From a bacterium (GTDB lineage: Bacteria > Elusimicrobiota > Elusimicrobia > UBA1565 > UBA9628), in the NCBI GenBank assembly GCA_021810245.1, contig JAJZJF010000005.1, forward strand, positions 1 to 50,902: a stretch of 50,902 nucleotides of DNA, written 5' to 3'. Shown here piece after piece: positions 1 through 9,591 of the stretch; within the stretch, counting starts at the first letter, position 1, and each line of letters begins with the position of its first letter. The notes under the pieces were generated by a model that saw only the letters and a list, made by a program, of their open reading frames with translations, made no database searches and was not told where the DNA came from. Made by a program: the position numbers and the translations under genes.

Positions 1-218
1 TAGGCGGCGACGCCGCTGGACACAAATTTCGCCCTTTGTTTTAAAGCGGTATTTTCAGATGCCCTAATTTGGGCTTTTAAGCGGCTTCCCACGCCGTCAA
101 TATACTAGTTTCTCTATAGCCCTGTCCAATAATTCCAATCGGTTTTCCCGAACTTCTTATTCCCGTTTGTCTTTAAGATACCGCCTTTGAAAAAAAGAGA
201 CATGGGTAATTCTGGGCC

Positions 219-247
219 TTGACAAAAAGCGATCCCGGAGCTATGTT
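219..247 (+). promoter_or_regulatory. sigma70-type promoter, probably giving a leaderless mRNA
   Basis: TTGACA (219-224), 17 bp, TATGTT (242-247); ATG at 254 is 7 nt downstream and has no Shine-Dalgarno. Confidence 0.55.
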
Positions 248-253
248 AAGATT

Positions 254-694
254 ATGCTAGAAATATTAGAACACCTCATCAGCCAGGAGTCGCAGCACCC
301 GCATCAGTTTAGGGCGGCTCTTTACCGAGAATTTCTTTCGTCAGAGGTCTATCTTTTGACCTTAGGCGAACCCATCAAGGACGGCCTTTCCACATTCCGA
401 AAATCAAATGATTTTCTTCTATGGGCGGAGCAGAAATCCCCGGGGGAATTTCGGGTTCCGGTGTTTCCCTCTTCCGACTCGGTAGCCGCTTTCATTTCTT
501 CTCATCATTTGACCGCTCCCGAGGGAAAAGAATTTCTCTGGATGAGCCAAAACCCGCAAAGAGCCTTGGCGCCGCTGCTTGAGTTAAACGGCTTTTTAGG
601 CCTCAACCTTTATCTGGCGGAAAATGAATCCGTCGCTGTTTCCCAAGAAGAGACCAAGCTCTTGGCGCAGGGAATTATTCCCAACGCCGCTTGA
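254..694 (+). CDS. SseB N-terminal-like domain hypothetical protein
   Basis: 146 aa; pattern 'FLSSEVYLL...VPVFPS...L...L...GLNL' resembles SseB-family proteins; promoter upstream. Confidence 0.55.
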   Translation: MLEILEHLISQESQHPHQFRAALYREFLSSEVYLLTLGEPIKDGLSTFRKSNDFLLWAEQKSPGEFRVPVFPSSDSVAAFISSHHLTAPEGKEFLWMSQNPQRALAPLLELNGFLGLNLYLAENESVAVSQEETKLLAQGIIPNAA

Positions 695-696
695 AT

Positions 697-2703
697 TTAT
701 TTAGGCGGAGAAACTGGCTGGGGCGCGGGGTTTATTGGAGTTGACGGCGCTTGGTTTTTTTGCGGGATAGGAATCGTAAAGAAAAAGCGCGAGCCCTTTC
801 CCAATTCTGATTCAACCCCCATTTCGCCGCCGTGAAGTTGAACAATTTCTCGCGCAATCTTAAGTCCCAGACCAAATCCCGCCTTTCTCATCGCCTGGGC
901 CTGCTGGGATTGAAAGAAGCGCTCAAAGACTCTTGGCAAATCTTCCTTTGAAATTCCGATGCCGGAATCGCGCACGCCAACGGTCAGCATCTGAGGTCCC
1001 ATATCCACCTTGACCTGGACCAGACCTCCTTCTTTCGTGTATTGCACGGCATTAGTGCAAAGATTCTGGATGACTTGTCCAATGCGATGGGGATCGCCTC
1101 TTAACATCGGCAGTTGAGGCGGGACCTGAACTTCAAAACGAATTTTTCTCTGATGAGCGACAATCTGAATGCGGGAACTGACATCTTTTATGACTTCGGA
1201 GAGATTTAGATCGCCTAAATTGACCCGCAATTTCCCGGATTCAATAGCCGCTAAATCAACCAAGTCTGAAATCAGAAGATTTAAGGTTTGTGCCGCAGAA
1301 TTAATGTGGGAGGAATATTCGAGCTCTTTGGGGGAATTTTTCAAGCCCATTCCCAATATTTCCGAATAGCCCAATATCGCGGTCAGTGGATTTTTGACGT
1401 CGTGGGCGACCATCGCGAAGAACTTTTTTTGAAACCCGTTGATTTGTTCAAGTTGCCTATTGGACTCCTGCACTTCCTTCAAAAGGCGCGCGTTTTCAAG
1501 GATCAGGAACCTGCGCTCAAGAGCCCGGCGAACGGAAAAAATAAGGCGGGAGGAGTCCACTGGTTTAAGCAAAGCGTCGTCTAAGCCCAACTCGACGGAT
1601 TGGCTCACCCCTTGAAGCGCGGCAGTCAAAGGATAGCGGTCCACCATGAAAATAATTCTCAGATCCGGATCGTGCTCTCTTAATTTTTGAGCGATTTCTA
1701 GTCCCGTATGCCGGGTATAGGCCAAGGCGGCGCCAACGACGGCTAGATGGAAACTCCCTTTAATCTGGGCCCGGCGCAAGGCTTCCTCCGCGTCCATCGT
1801 CGTAACCACATCGTAACCAGCCACGCGCAGGGCTTGAGACAGCGCGTCCAAAGTAGGCTTGTAATTGTCTAGGAATAGTATTCTTTCCTTGCCCCTTTGA
1901 GCGGAATCGGCAATTTGAGAGGCTTCGGTTAAGAGCTTTGGAATCAAAGCCGACTCCTCGCGTAAAAGTTCTACGGGAGCGTTCTCTCTTAGGCGATTGG
2001 ACATCCAGCGCACGCGATCGATGCTTGAAATATAATAGCAAACGCAATTATTGACGACTTTTCTTAAGGCCGCATCAAAACTGACGACCTCCGGCCAAAG
2101 TCCCGGAAAAGAGACAATGACCTGGCATTTTCTTCCCGCCCCGAAAGAAGCCGGTTCAGGCTTAGAGACCTGAGAAACCTGTTTCCAAAAGGTTTTCCCG
2201 GCATCCGAAATATCGCTTGGGGGAACCGTTCTTTCCAAAAGAAATTTCTCGAGATTCTGCGCATTGGGGCGCTCTTCAACGATGATTCCCGATTGCCTAA
2301 AGGCGATGGGAAGGGCATGACTAGTAAAAAAAGCCTCATCGGCTAGAAAAACGACCGGACGCTCAACCGAGCGCAGTTGATCGGCAAAGCCGCTGGGAGG
2401 CGGCCAGGGAAGAGCTCGAACTGGAACGGATTGGACGGGAGAAAAACTCGCCAAAGTTTGAAGAAGGAAAAGCGGAAAGCGCCCGCGAAACTTATAGGCG
2501 TTAAAAAGGGCTTGCCTTTCCGGAATAGCGATGCGCTCATAATCTAAAACCAAGGCCGCGATATCAGGCGCTCCCATACGGATAATGGCGTCAGCCGCGG
2601 AATTAAAGGCCGTCAAAGAATAATCGTAATTTTTAAGATAGGTTTCCAACTCGCCGACGAGAGTCATGTCTTGCGTGACGAGAAAAATAACGCCCTTACT
2701 CAC
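697..2703 (-). CDS. Cytoplasmic hybrid sensor histidine kinase with receiver-like domains
   Basis: H-box [11 protein letters not shown]-box [11 protein letters not shown]1 DSGIG, F-box RVFERF, G2 GFGLGL; preceding REC-like domains (ILFLDN...LLKPVD); no TM. Confidence 0.9.
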   Translation of the reverse strand: MSKGVIFLVTQDMTLVGELETYLKNYDYSLTAFNSAADAIIRMGAPDIAALVLDYERIAIPERQALFNAYKFRGRFPLFLLQTLASFSPVQSVPVRALPWPPPSGFADQLRSVERPVVFLADEAFFTSHALPIAFRQSGIIVEERPNAQNLEKFLLERTVPPSDISDAGKTFWKQVSQVSKPEPASFGAGRKCQVIVSFPGLWPEVVSFDAALRKVVNNCVCYYISSIDRVRWMSNRLRENAPVELLREESALIPKLLTEASQIADSAQRGKERILFLDNYKPTLDALSQALRVAGYDVVTTMDAEEALRRAQIKGSFHLAVVGAALAYTRHTGLEIAQKLREHDPDLRIIFMVDRYPLTAALQGVSQSVELGLDDALLKPVDSSRLIFSVRRALERRFLILENARLLKEVQESNRQLEQINGFQKKFFAMVAHDVKNPLTAILGYSEILGMGLKNSPKELEYSSHINSAAQTLNLLISDLVDLAAIESGKLRVNLGDLNLSEVIKDVSSRIQIVAHQRKIRFEVQVPPQLPMLRGDPHRIGQVIQNLCTNAVQYTKEGGLVQVKVDMGPQMLTVGVRDSGIGISKEDLPRVFERFFQSQQAQAMRKAGFGLGLKIAREIVQLHGGEMGVESELGKGSRFFFTIPIPQKNQAPSTPINPAPQPVSPPK

Positions 2704-4094
2704 CGAAAGCCTCCAACCCTCACAGGTTTGAGTTTGGCCGTGAAATGGCGCAAGGTCTTGGGTTCCTCAATAATCTCAAGCCCTTCGATGAACTTTTTGC
2801 GACTCGCGATAAAACCAAAAACCTCGATAATGAAATCGACATGGCTTTGAGTGTAGACGCGCCTCGGGAGAGCCAAACGCACCAGTTCCATTTTTGCAGG
2901 CTCAAAATCCCGGCCTTTTCCGCGCCCAAACATCAAGGAACCCACCTCAACCGATCGAATCCCCGCAACCCCATAGAGTTCGCAAACCAAGGCTTGAGCC
3001 GGAAATTGATGAGGCAAAATATGCGGCAAAAAATGTTTTGCATCCACATAGATCGCGTGCCCGCCAGGCGGATTAATAATCGGCACCTTGTGTTTTTTAA
3101 GGCCTTCCGCCAAATACGCCACCGAACGCGCGCGGTAAGAAAGATAATTTTCGTCCACGATTTCTTTAAGGCCCTGAGCGATGGCCTCAAGATCTCGTCC
3201 GGCTAATCCTCCATAGGTTGGGAAGCCTTCTCCTAAAATCAGAAGCTCTTTGGCTTTCTTAAGCCACCCTGAATCATTAAAAGCCAGGAAGCCGCCCATA
3301 TTGGCAAAGGCGTCTTTTTTGGCGCTCATTAAACATCCATCAGCCAAGGAAAACATCTCGCGCGCGATTTGAATGACCGAGCGATGAGATTGCTCGCGCT
3401 CTCGAAGTTTAATAAGAAAAGCGTTTTCGGCAAAACGCGCGGCGTCGATAATCAGAGGAATTTTATTTTGACGGGCGACCTTTGAGGCCTCTTTCAAATT
3501 AGACAAAGAGACGGGCTGCCCCCCCAAAGAATTATTGGTCACGGTCATAATAATCATCGGGATATTTCGAGCCCCGATTTCCGATATGGATTTTTTCAAG
3601 GCGGCGATATCGATATTCCCCTTAAACGGCGCAGCGGAAGAAAAATTAAACGCCTCTTTCACGGGCAAATCCAAAGCGACGCTTCCGGCGGCCTCCACAT
3701 TGGCCCGGGTAGTATCAAAATGGGTGTTGGCGATAACCGTTTTCCCAGGACCGCAGGAAACCGACATAAAAATTCTCTCCGCCGCCCGGCCTTGATGGGC
3801 GGGCAACACATAGCGATAGCCGGTCAAATCTTTAACCGCTTTTTCAAAAACATACCAACTGCGAGCGCCGGCATATGACTCATCTCCTCGCATAAGGCAC
3901 GCCCATTGCTCAGAGGACATCGCCGAAGTCCCAGAATCGGTCAACAGATCAATTAAAACCTTATCAGCGGGAATCTGAAAGAGATTATAATGGGCTTTCT
4001 TTAATAAATCAGAACGCTCTTTTTCCGTGGTAAAGCCCAACGGTTCGACCATCTTAATTCGGAAAGGCTCTATAATCGTTTTCCACTTAGGCAT
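2700..4094 (-). CDS. tnaA: Tryptophanase (beta-eliminating lyase)
   Basis: [22 protein letters not shown] (PLP lysine), GFPTYGGL; FDTT and LRHFTAKL match tryptophanase rather than tyrosine phenol-lyase (FTTT, LRFFTAR). Confidence 0.88.
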   Translation of the reverse strand: MPKWKTIIEPFRIKMVEPLGFTTEKERSDLLKKAHYNLFQIPADKVLIDLLTDSGTSAMSSEQWACLMRGDESYAGARSWYVFEKAVKDLTGYRYVLPAHQGRAAERIFMSVSCGPGKTVIANTHFDTTRANVEAAGSVALDLPVKEAFNFSSAAPFKGNIDIAALKKSISEIGARNIPMIIMTVTNNSLGGQPVSLSNLKEASKVARQNKIPLIIDAARFAENAFLIKLREREQSHRSVIQIAREMFSLADGCLMSAKKDAFANMGGFLAFNDSGWLKKAKELLILGEGFPTYGGLAGRDLEAIAQGLKEIVDENYLSYRARSVAYLAEGLKKHKVPIINPPGGHAIYVDAKHFLPHILPHQFPAQALVCELYGVAGIRSVEVGSLMFGRGKGRDFEPAKMELVRLALPRRVYTQSHVDFIIEVFGFIASRKKFIEGLEIIEEPKTLRHFTAKLKPVRVGGFR

Positions 4095-4422
4095 AGGCGG
4101 TCCTATTGTTTGAGGAGTTTGAAGCGCAATCCGGGCACGGACAGATTTCTCTTAGGTATTCAAAAGTATAAATTCCCGCTCCATGTCCATCGGAAAAAGA
4201 AAAAGCCAACGCATAATGGCCGACAACGCTTTCTCTCTGGCAAGAGAGATCCAGCGGAATCGTCGAAACATCCAAAATCTTCTCTCCGGTGAATTCATCC
4301 CGGCACATGGCGCAGGGGCAATTCTCTCTTAAATAGCGAAAGGCATATTGGCTTTTATGGCCATCTTGCCAAGAAATGTAGAGATTCTTCTCGTCTTTCT
4401 CGATTTCGGAGATGGCTGACAT
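4087..4422 (-). CDS. DUF971 / gamma-butyrobetaine hydroxylase N-terminal-like Zn-binding protein
   Basis: W.DGH.S.Y...LRENCPCAMC and VGHYAL.F.FSDGHG.GIY..EYLR motifs. Confidence 0.88.
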   Translation of the reverse strand: MSAISEIEKDEKNLYISWQDGHKSQYAFRYLRENCPCAMCRDEFTGEKILDVSTIPLDLSCQRESVVGHYALAFSFSDGHGAGIYTFEYLREICPCPDCASNSSNNRTAYA

Positions 4423-4505
4423 TTTTTTGTCTAAAAAACTATTTTATTGTGCCTAGTAAATGTTATAAAATTAACGGCAAAGACAAAAGTATGAAGGAGG
4501 CCATA

Positions 4506-5567
4506 ATGGTTAAAAAAATAAACAAAAGCGCGTTTCTAAAAGAACCGATAGAGCATATTGATATCACCAAATTCAATGCGGTTCCGCTCATTGAAGCGAT
4601 GAGCAAAATGGCCTTTTCGGCCCGAGATCTCGCGCGAGCTTCCGAAATCTATGACCGGATGCTCGCAGACAAAGACACCTCCATCATTCTCTGCTTGGCG
4701 GGGTCCTTGTTTTCCGCGGGACTTAAAAAAATCGTCTGGGACATGGTCGAAAACAACATGGTAGACGCCATCGTTTCGACCGGCGCCAATATCGTGGATC
4801 AAGACTTCTTTGAAGCCCTTGGAAACAAGCATTACAAGGGCACCAAATGGGTTGACGACCACGCCTTGCGCGCGGCTAGGGTCGACCGCATCTATGACAC
4901 TTTTATCGATGAAGATGCCTTGGGCGACACCGACAACGCCAGCGCGGAAATCGCGGACAAACTCCCGCCCCGTCCTTACTCTTCCCGCGAATTTATTGTC
5001 GAGATGGGAAAATATTTGATGACCAAAGGCAAGATCAAAGAATCGGTGATTTTATCCGCCTATAAAAAAGGCGTGCCGATATTTGTCCCCGCGTTCTCCG
5101 ACTGTTCCGCAGGCTTTGGCCTCTTGCACCATCAATGGCATAACCCGGAAGAACATGTCTCCATTGATTCCGCCAAGGACTTTGTCGAACTCGTCAAGGT
5201 CAAACTGGCTTCTAAAGACACCGGGCTACTGATGATCGGCGGAGGCGTCCCCAAGAATTTCGCGCAAGACGTCACTGTCGGAGTTGAAATGCTGGGGCTT
5301 GATCCCAAGATGCACAAATACGCGGTTCAAATTACGGTCGCCGATGAAAGAGACGGCGCTCTTTCCGGCTCGACATTGCGAGAAGCCTGCTCTTGGGGCA
5401 AGGTAGACACCGTTTACGAGCAGATGGTTTATTCCGAAGCGACGCTGGCGCTTCCTCTTCTCGCTTCTTACGCATATCACAAAGGTTCTTGGAAAGCCCG
5501 TTCCGCCAAGAACTTCAACCACGTTCTCAAAGAGGCGCAAGAGAAAACCTTGGTTTCCACGAAATAA
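4506..5567 (+). CDS. Deoxyhypusine synthase-like protein (homospermidine/polyamine synthesis)
   Basis: STGAN, R+YD, PAFSDCS.G, GGGVPKNF, DGALSG...EA.SWGK; start moved to ATG 4506 behind AGGAGG. Confidence 0.92.
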   Translation: MVKKINKSAFLKEPIEHIDITKFNAVPLIEAMSKMAFSARDLARASEIYDRMLADKDTSIILCLAGSLFSAGLKKIVWDMVENNMVDAIVSTGANIVDQDFFEALGNKHYKGTKWVDDHALRAARVDRIYDTFIDEDALGDTDNASAEIADKLPPRPYSSREFIVEMGKYLMTKGKIKESVILSAYKKGVPIFVPAFSDCSAGFGLLHHQWHNPEEHVSIDSAKDFVELVKVKLASKDTGLLMIGGGVPKNFAQDVTVGVEMLGLDPKMHKYAVQITVADERDGALSGSTLREACSWGKVDTVYEQMVYSEATLALPLLASYAYHKGSWKARSAKNFNHVLKEAQEKTLVSTK

Positions 5568-5576
5568 GCCAGATTC

Positions 5577-6629
5577 ATGGAGAAGAGTTTTGATCCAAAC
5601 TCGGCGGCGGCCGAGGGCTCGGGAATTTTCGGCCTTCCTTTCGAGGAATCAAACTCATCTCTGATTTATCTGCCTATCCCTTGGGAAGCGACCACGTCCT
5701 ACGGCGGAGGAACCGCCAAAGCCCCCTCCGCTATTTTCCAAGCCAGCTATCAAGTCGATCTATTTGATGGAGAGGTCTTAAACCCATATGAGCCGGGGCT
5801 TTTTTGCCTTCCGGAATCAAAAAAAATCAAGGACTGGAATAAGACGGCCCGAGTAGCCGCTCAAAAGGTCGTAGCTTCCGCCGGTAAAACCTCAAAGAAT
5901 AAAGCCCTTGAGCAATCTCTAAAGCTCGTCAACTCCTTAAGCGAGAGACTAAACGCAGAAGTTTATAAAGAATCGCGAAGAATTCTGGAGGCAAAAAAAA
6001 TTCTCGCGGTTATCGGCGGCGACCATTCAACTCCTTATGGGGCGATGAAGGCGGCCTGCGAAAAATTTCCCGGTCTTGGGATACTCCATTTCGACGCCCA
6101 CCATGATTTAAGACGCGCATATGAAGGTTTTACCCATTCTCACGCTTCCATTCTCTATAACGTCTTGGAAAATATTCCGGTCTCCCGCCTCGTTCAGGTC
6201 GGCATCCGAGATTTCTGCGAGGAAGAGGCCGCTTATGCGCGAGAGAAAAGCGGACAGGTTTCCGTCTTTTACGACTCACAGATAAAATCTTCTCTTTTCT
6301 CCGGCGAGCCGTGGATGGGAATTGTTTCCCGCATTATTTCTCAACTTCCGGAAAAAATTTGGATTACCTTTGACATTGACGCGCTCGATCCCAAACTCTG
6401 CCCTAACACCGGCACGCCGGTTCCCGGGGGTCTTGATTTTGAGCAAGCCGTCTATTTGATTTCTCAAACCGTCAAAAGTGGGCGTAAAATCGTTGGCTTT
6501 GATCTCAACGAGGTTTCTCCCGGAGATAACTCCCAAAATGGCGAGTGGGACGCCAATGTCGGGGCTCGGCTTCTCTATAAAATGACCGCCTGGACCTTGG
6601 CATCCCAAGGCTTAAGACCCTACCGCTAA
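5577..6629 (+). CDS. speB: Agmatinase / ureohydrolase family
   Basis: GGDHS, HFDAHHD, TFDIDALDP...PNTGTP.PGG metal-binding motifs. Confidence 0.88.
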   Translation: MEKSFDPNSAAAEGSGIFGLPFEESNSSLIYLPIPWEATTSYGGGTAKAPSAIFQASYQVDLFDGEVLNPYEPGLFCLPESKKIKDWNKTARVAAQKVVASAGKTSKNKALEQSLKLVNSLSERLNAEVYKESRRILEAKKILAVIGGDHSTPYGAMKAACEKFPGLGILHFDAHHDLRRAYEGFTHSHASILYNVLENIPVSRLVQVGIRDFCEEEAAYAREKSGQVSVFYDSQIKSSLFSGEPWMGIVSRIISQLPEKIWITFDIDALDPKLCPNTGTPVPGGLDFEQAVYLISQTVKSGRKIVGFDLNEVSPGDNSQNGEWDANVGARLLYKMTAWTLASQGLRPYR

Positions 6630-6678
6630 ACCCTGAATCTTTTTTGCTTTTGGAGCATCCAAAAAGCAGGAGGGGTTT

Positions 6679-7329
6679 ATGGAACTACTTAACGAAGAAG
6701 TCCGCGGCGAAATCAAACGCAGGTTGGAGGTCTTGCCCAGCGATGTTAAGCTTATTTTCTTTAAACAAAACCTTGATTGTCCAACTTGCGAAATCGTGGA
6801 ATCGCTACTTCGGGAACTTGTTTCTCTGTCTTCGCGTGTAAAACTCGAGGTTCACAACCGCGTTACGGAAGAGGAAAAAGCCAAGGAATATGGAATCGAT
6901 AAGGCGCCGGCCTTGGTTTTAGAAGGGGCCGCGGGAAACCGTGTTAGATTCTACGGGCTTCCGGGTGGATATGAGTTTGCCTCTTTACTCGAAGCGATCA
7001 AGGAGGCCTCTTTTGGGACAACGGATATCTCGGAACAAACGAAGAAAAACTTGGCTAATCTCAAAGCGCCAATCCATATCCAAGTTTTTGTCACTCCGCA
7101 TTGCCCCTATTGTCCCTCGGCGGTGCGTACAGCCCACAAATTAGCCCTTGCCTTTCCCAACATCACCGCCGACATGGTTGAAGCCGAGGAATTTCCGGAA
7201 CTCTCGATGAAATTCGGAGTTTCTGGTGTTCCAAAAATCATCATTAACGAAGCGGGCGGATTTGACGGCGCACGGCCAGAATCGGCGTTTGTCTCGGCGA
7301 TACTAGAAAGCGTAGGCGCAACAGGCTAA
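6679..7329 (+). CDS. Protein disulfide oxidoreductase (double thioredoxin fold, AhpF N-terminal-like)
   Basis: Two CxxC motifs (CPTC, CPYC), G.P.GYEF.SL, GVPK; SD GGAGG. Confidence 0.9.
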   Translation: MELLNEEVRGEIKRRLEVLPSDVKLIFFKQNLDCPTCEIVESLLRELVSLSSRVKLEVHNRVTEEEKAKEYGIDKAPALVLEGAAGNRVRFYGLPGGYEFASLLEAIKEASFGTTDISEQTKKNLANLKAPIHIQVFVTPHCPYCPSAVRTAHKLALAFPNITADMVEAEEFPELSMKFGVSGVPKIIINEAGGFDGARPESAFVSAILESVGATG

Positions 7330-7331
7330 AA

Positions 7332-7407
7332 TGGTGGACGTGACAGGGATCGAACCTGCGACCTCCTCGTTGCGAACGAGGCGCTCTCCCAGCTGAGCTA
7401 CACGCCC
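7332..7407 (-). tRNA. tRNA-Ala(CGC)
   Basis: Reverse complement folds as GGGCGTG-TA-GCTC..GAGC-G-CCTCG-TT-CGC-AA-CGAGG..GCAGG-TTCGATC-CCTGT-CACGTCC-A-CCA; G3:U70 pair. Confidence 0.97.
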
Positions 7408-7415
7408 AAAATCAT

Positions 7416-8483
7416 TTAATTATAAGTATTTTTTAAAACTTTTTGAGATTCAATTTTAAGCTTGGTGTCCAAAAAGTGTCCATCCTGGGGCAAATCCGCT
7501 GATTCAATAGGCATTAACGCATCGAATTTATCCATCTTCGCGGCCAAATGCTCCTTGGCCAAATGAGCGTAGCGCTGGGTCATTTGAGGCGAAGAATGGC
7601 CCAGTATCTTTTGCAAAGACGGCAAATCGCCCGTTCTCATGACAAAATGGCTCGCGAATGTATGTCGTAAATCATGGAATCTGAACTCTTGTATTTTACC
7701 ATTTTTCAATGCACGGGCAAATTGCCGCCGCAATGTGATCTCCGGCATATTGAAAACAGAGCCTGCGGGTCTGGGATTTAAGGCTAAAAAAACCTCCTTG
7801 AGTTTTTTGCCGATTGGAATTTCCCTGGGCTTGCCCGATTTCGACTGGAGAATAAAGATTGTGTCATGTTCCAAATCCAGGTTCTCCCAACGCAATCCCA
7901 AAATTTCCCCTTTCCTCATCCCGGTGAGGATAGCGCACGTTAAAATCGGGCGGATTCGGCTCTCGGCCGCGTTCAGGAGTTGCTTAATCTCCGCTTCGCT
8001 TAAGAAGCGCAGGCGATGGTTGTTTGGCTTTCTGCGGCGAACTTTTTCTACTGGGTTTTCGCCGAAGTAGTCCCCCCATTCCTTGGCGCGGTTAAAAACA
8101 GGCGAAAGAAACGCCAGGATGCGGTTGGCGGTCGAAGCGCTTGTCGCCCCGGCTTTCTCATTGTAAAACTCCTGTAAATCAGCGGTCGATACCTCCGCGA
8201 GTTTTTTATCGCAAAACCTTGACTCCAAACTTTTAAAAACCGCGTGGATGCCGTTTGCTTGAAGATACTGCCCCTCCAATCTCCAATATTTTTCCACGGC
8301 CCGCGTAAAAGAAATGGAACTCTTGACCCGTTCGGGGAAATACTTGCCTTCGGCAATTTCGCTTTGGCGCTTGAGAAGGACTTCCCGTGCCAGGCTTTTG
8401 GACGGGCCGATCTTCTCCCGTTTGCGGCGATTGCCGCGGTAATAATCGATATACCAGTTCTCGCCCTTCCTCAGGATACCCAT
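7416..8483 (-). CDS. int: Tyrosine integrase
   Basis: N-terminal arm-binding-like beta domain; TGMRKGE, SKSGK, HDLRHT, LGH, RYAH catalytic residues. Confidence 0.96.
   Translation of the reverse strand: MGILRKGENWYIDYYRGNRRKREKIGPSKSLAREVLLKRQSEIAEGKYFPERVKSSISFTRAVEKYWRLEGQYLQANGIHAVFKSLESRFCDKKLAEVSTADLQEFYNEKAGATSASTANRILAFLSPVFNRAKEWGDYFGENPVEKVRRRKPNNHRLRFLSEAEIKQLLNAAESRIRPILTCAILTGMRKGEILGLRWENLDLEHDTIFILQSKSGKPREIPIGKKLKEVFLALNPRPAGSVFNMPEITLRRQFARALKNGKIQEFRFHDLRHTFASHFVMRTGDLPSLQKILGHSSPQMTQRYAHLAKEHLAAKMDKFDALMPIESADLPQDGHFLDTKLKIESQKVLKNTYN
7463..7494. repeat. Putative integrase arm-type site (left end of island 1)
   Basis: TGGTGTCCAAAAAGTGTCCAT.CTGGG.CAAA, also found at 24054-24085; two GTGTCCA units 11 bp apart. 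Confidence 0.75.
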
Positions 8484-8491
8484 ACTATTAT

Positions 8492-8650
8492 TTACTCCAA
8501 ACGGTCAAAAAATGTTCCCTCTTTGCCGATTTTTCCATTAATTCCCCATCTTTCTAATGCCATCATCACGCTCAACCCCGCTCTTCTGATCTCAATACCA
8601 ACCTCATAGTCCTCTCTCATAATCCTGACCTTGATCACTTTACTTCCCAT
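8492..8650 (-). CDS. Small 52-aa protein immediately upstream of int (below ORF-track cutoff)
   Basis: MGSKVIKVRIMREDYEVGIEIRRAGLSVMMALERWGINGKIGKEGTFFDRLE; purine-rich SD (AGAGG); stop 8 bp before the int ATG. Confidence 0.55.
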   Translation of the reverse strand: MGSKVIKVRIMREDYEVGIEIRRAGLSVMMALERWGINGKIGKEGTFFDRLE

Positions 8651-8685
8651 CCTCTTCTCTCTCTTTGCTGCCCCAAACCCGCCGA

Positions 8686-8751
8686 CCTCCTGACCACACC
8701 ACCATGCTTAACCACAATTTTTAATGTGGTTGTGGGGGTGTGGTCAGGAGG
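8686..8751. repeat. Long inverted repeat / hairpin
   Basis: CCTCCTGACCACACC...GGTGTGGTCAGGAGG (15 bp perfect) enclosing AACCACA/TGTGGTT. Confidence 0.8.
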
Positions 8752-9199
8752 ATTTGTCCCCGTTCGGGACAAAGAGGCGGACCAAGAATGGCAGCGAAAA
8801 TCAGTCGAATTCATGGATGGACCATTTCTCCTTCGCTTCTGTAACAACAGAAACGACGACAGAAGCGGGGGTTGGTCACCCCCTGAACTCGAATTTGCCA
8901 TCGGCGACTTCCTTGGCGAAGAGGCGAATCGCCTCTGAAACCAGGCGGCTGCGGCTGATGTCGCGACCTCATTTGACATTCGCTTTCCCCCTTTTTATGG
9001 CCGGGATTACGGCAGGTGGGGAGCATTCTCCCCCGATTTATGTCGGCTGGCTGCCAGCCTGCTCGTTTGATATCCCTACACTTATTAATCGTTTGAGCCG
9101 GTCATTTCCGCACATTCCAGAAGCGGCTTAGACTAGGTTCGGCGTTTGATATAGCGCCAGCGGGGGTCTTTTTTAGCGGCTTCAACTAGGCGATTTCTG

Positions 9200-9511
9200 T
9201 TGAGAAATGGGGCGATCTGGCGGGGAGATGCCTCACTCTTTCAGGAGAGAATTTCGGGATTTCAAACTCTCAACCTCGATTTTATAGAACAAAACCAGCA
9301 TCTCATCTTTCTCGGTCCCGGCGGCTTGAGCAAATCCCATCTTGCCACGGCCATCGGCCTCGCCGCTTGTCAGAGGGAATTTAAGACCCTCTTCACTACA
9401 GCGGCCGACCTCATCAACCGCCTGGTCGCTTCCCAGGCAGACCACGGCCTCGAGCGCGCTCTGCAAATTCACCGCTCCAAGGCTCCTCATCAGAGAGGTC
9501 GTAGAAGTTGA
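9200..9511 (+). pseudogene. istB: IS21-family IstB ATPase fragment
   Basis: LDFIEQNQHLIFLGPGGLSKSHLATAIG..AC....LFTTAADL..RL; degenerate Walker A, truncated before Walker B; no istA. Confidence 0.8.
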
Positions 9512-9591
9512 GAGCTGTTTGATGCGAATAAACGCCTTGAGGCTTTTCATCGCGGTTTCTCGACAACGGATATTAACTTATGCTTTCTCAT

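Noticed and set aside
8724-9131. Overlapping short ORFs and small palindromes as a gene or ncRNA
   Set aside because: No motif, SD or coherent structure that I can support
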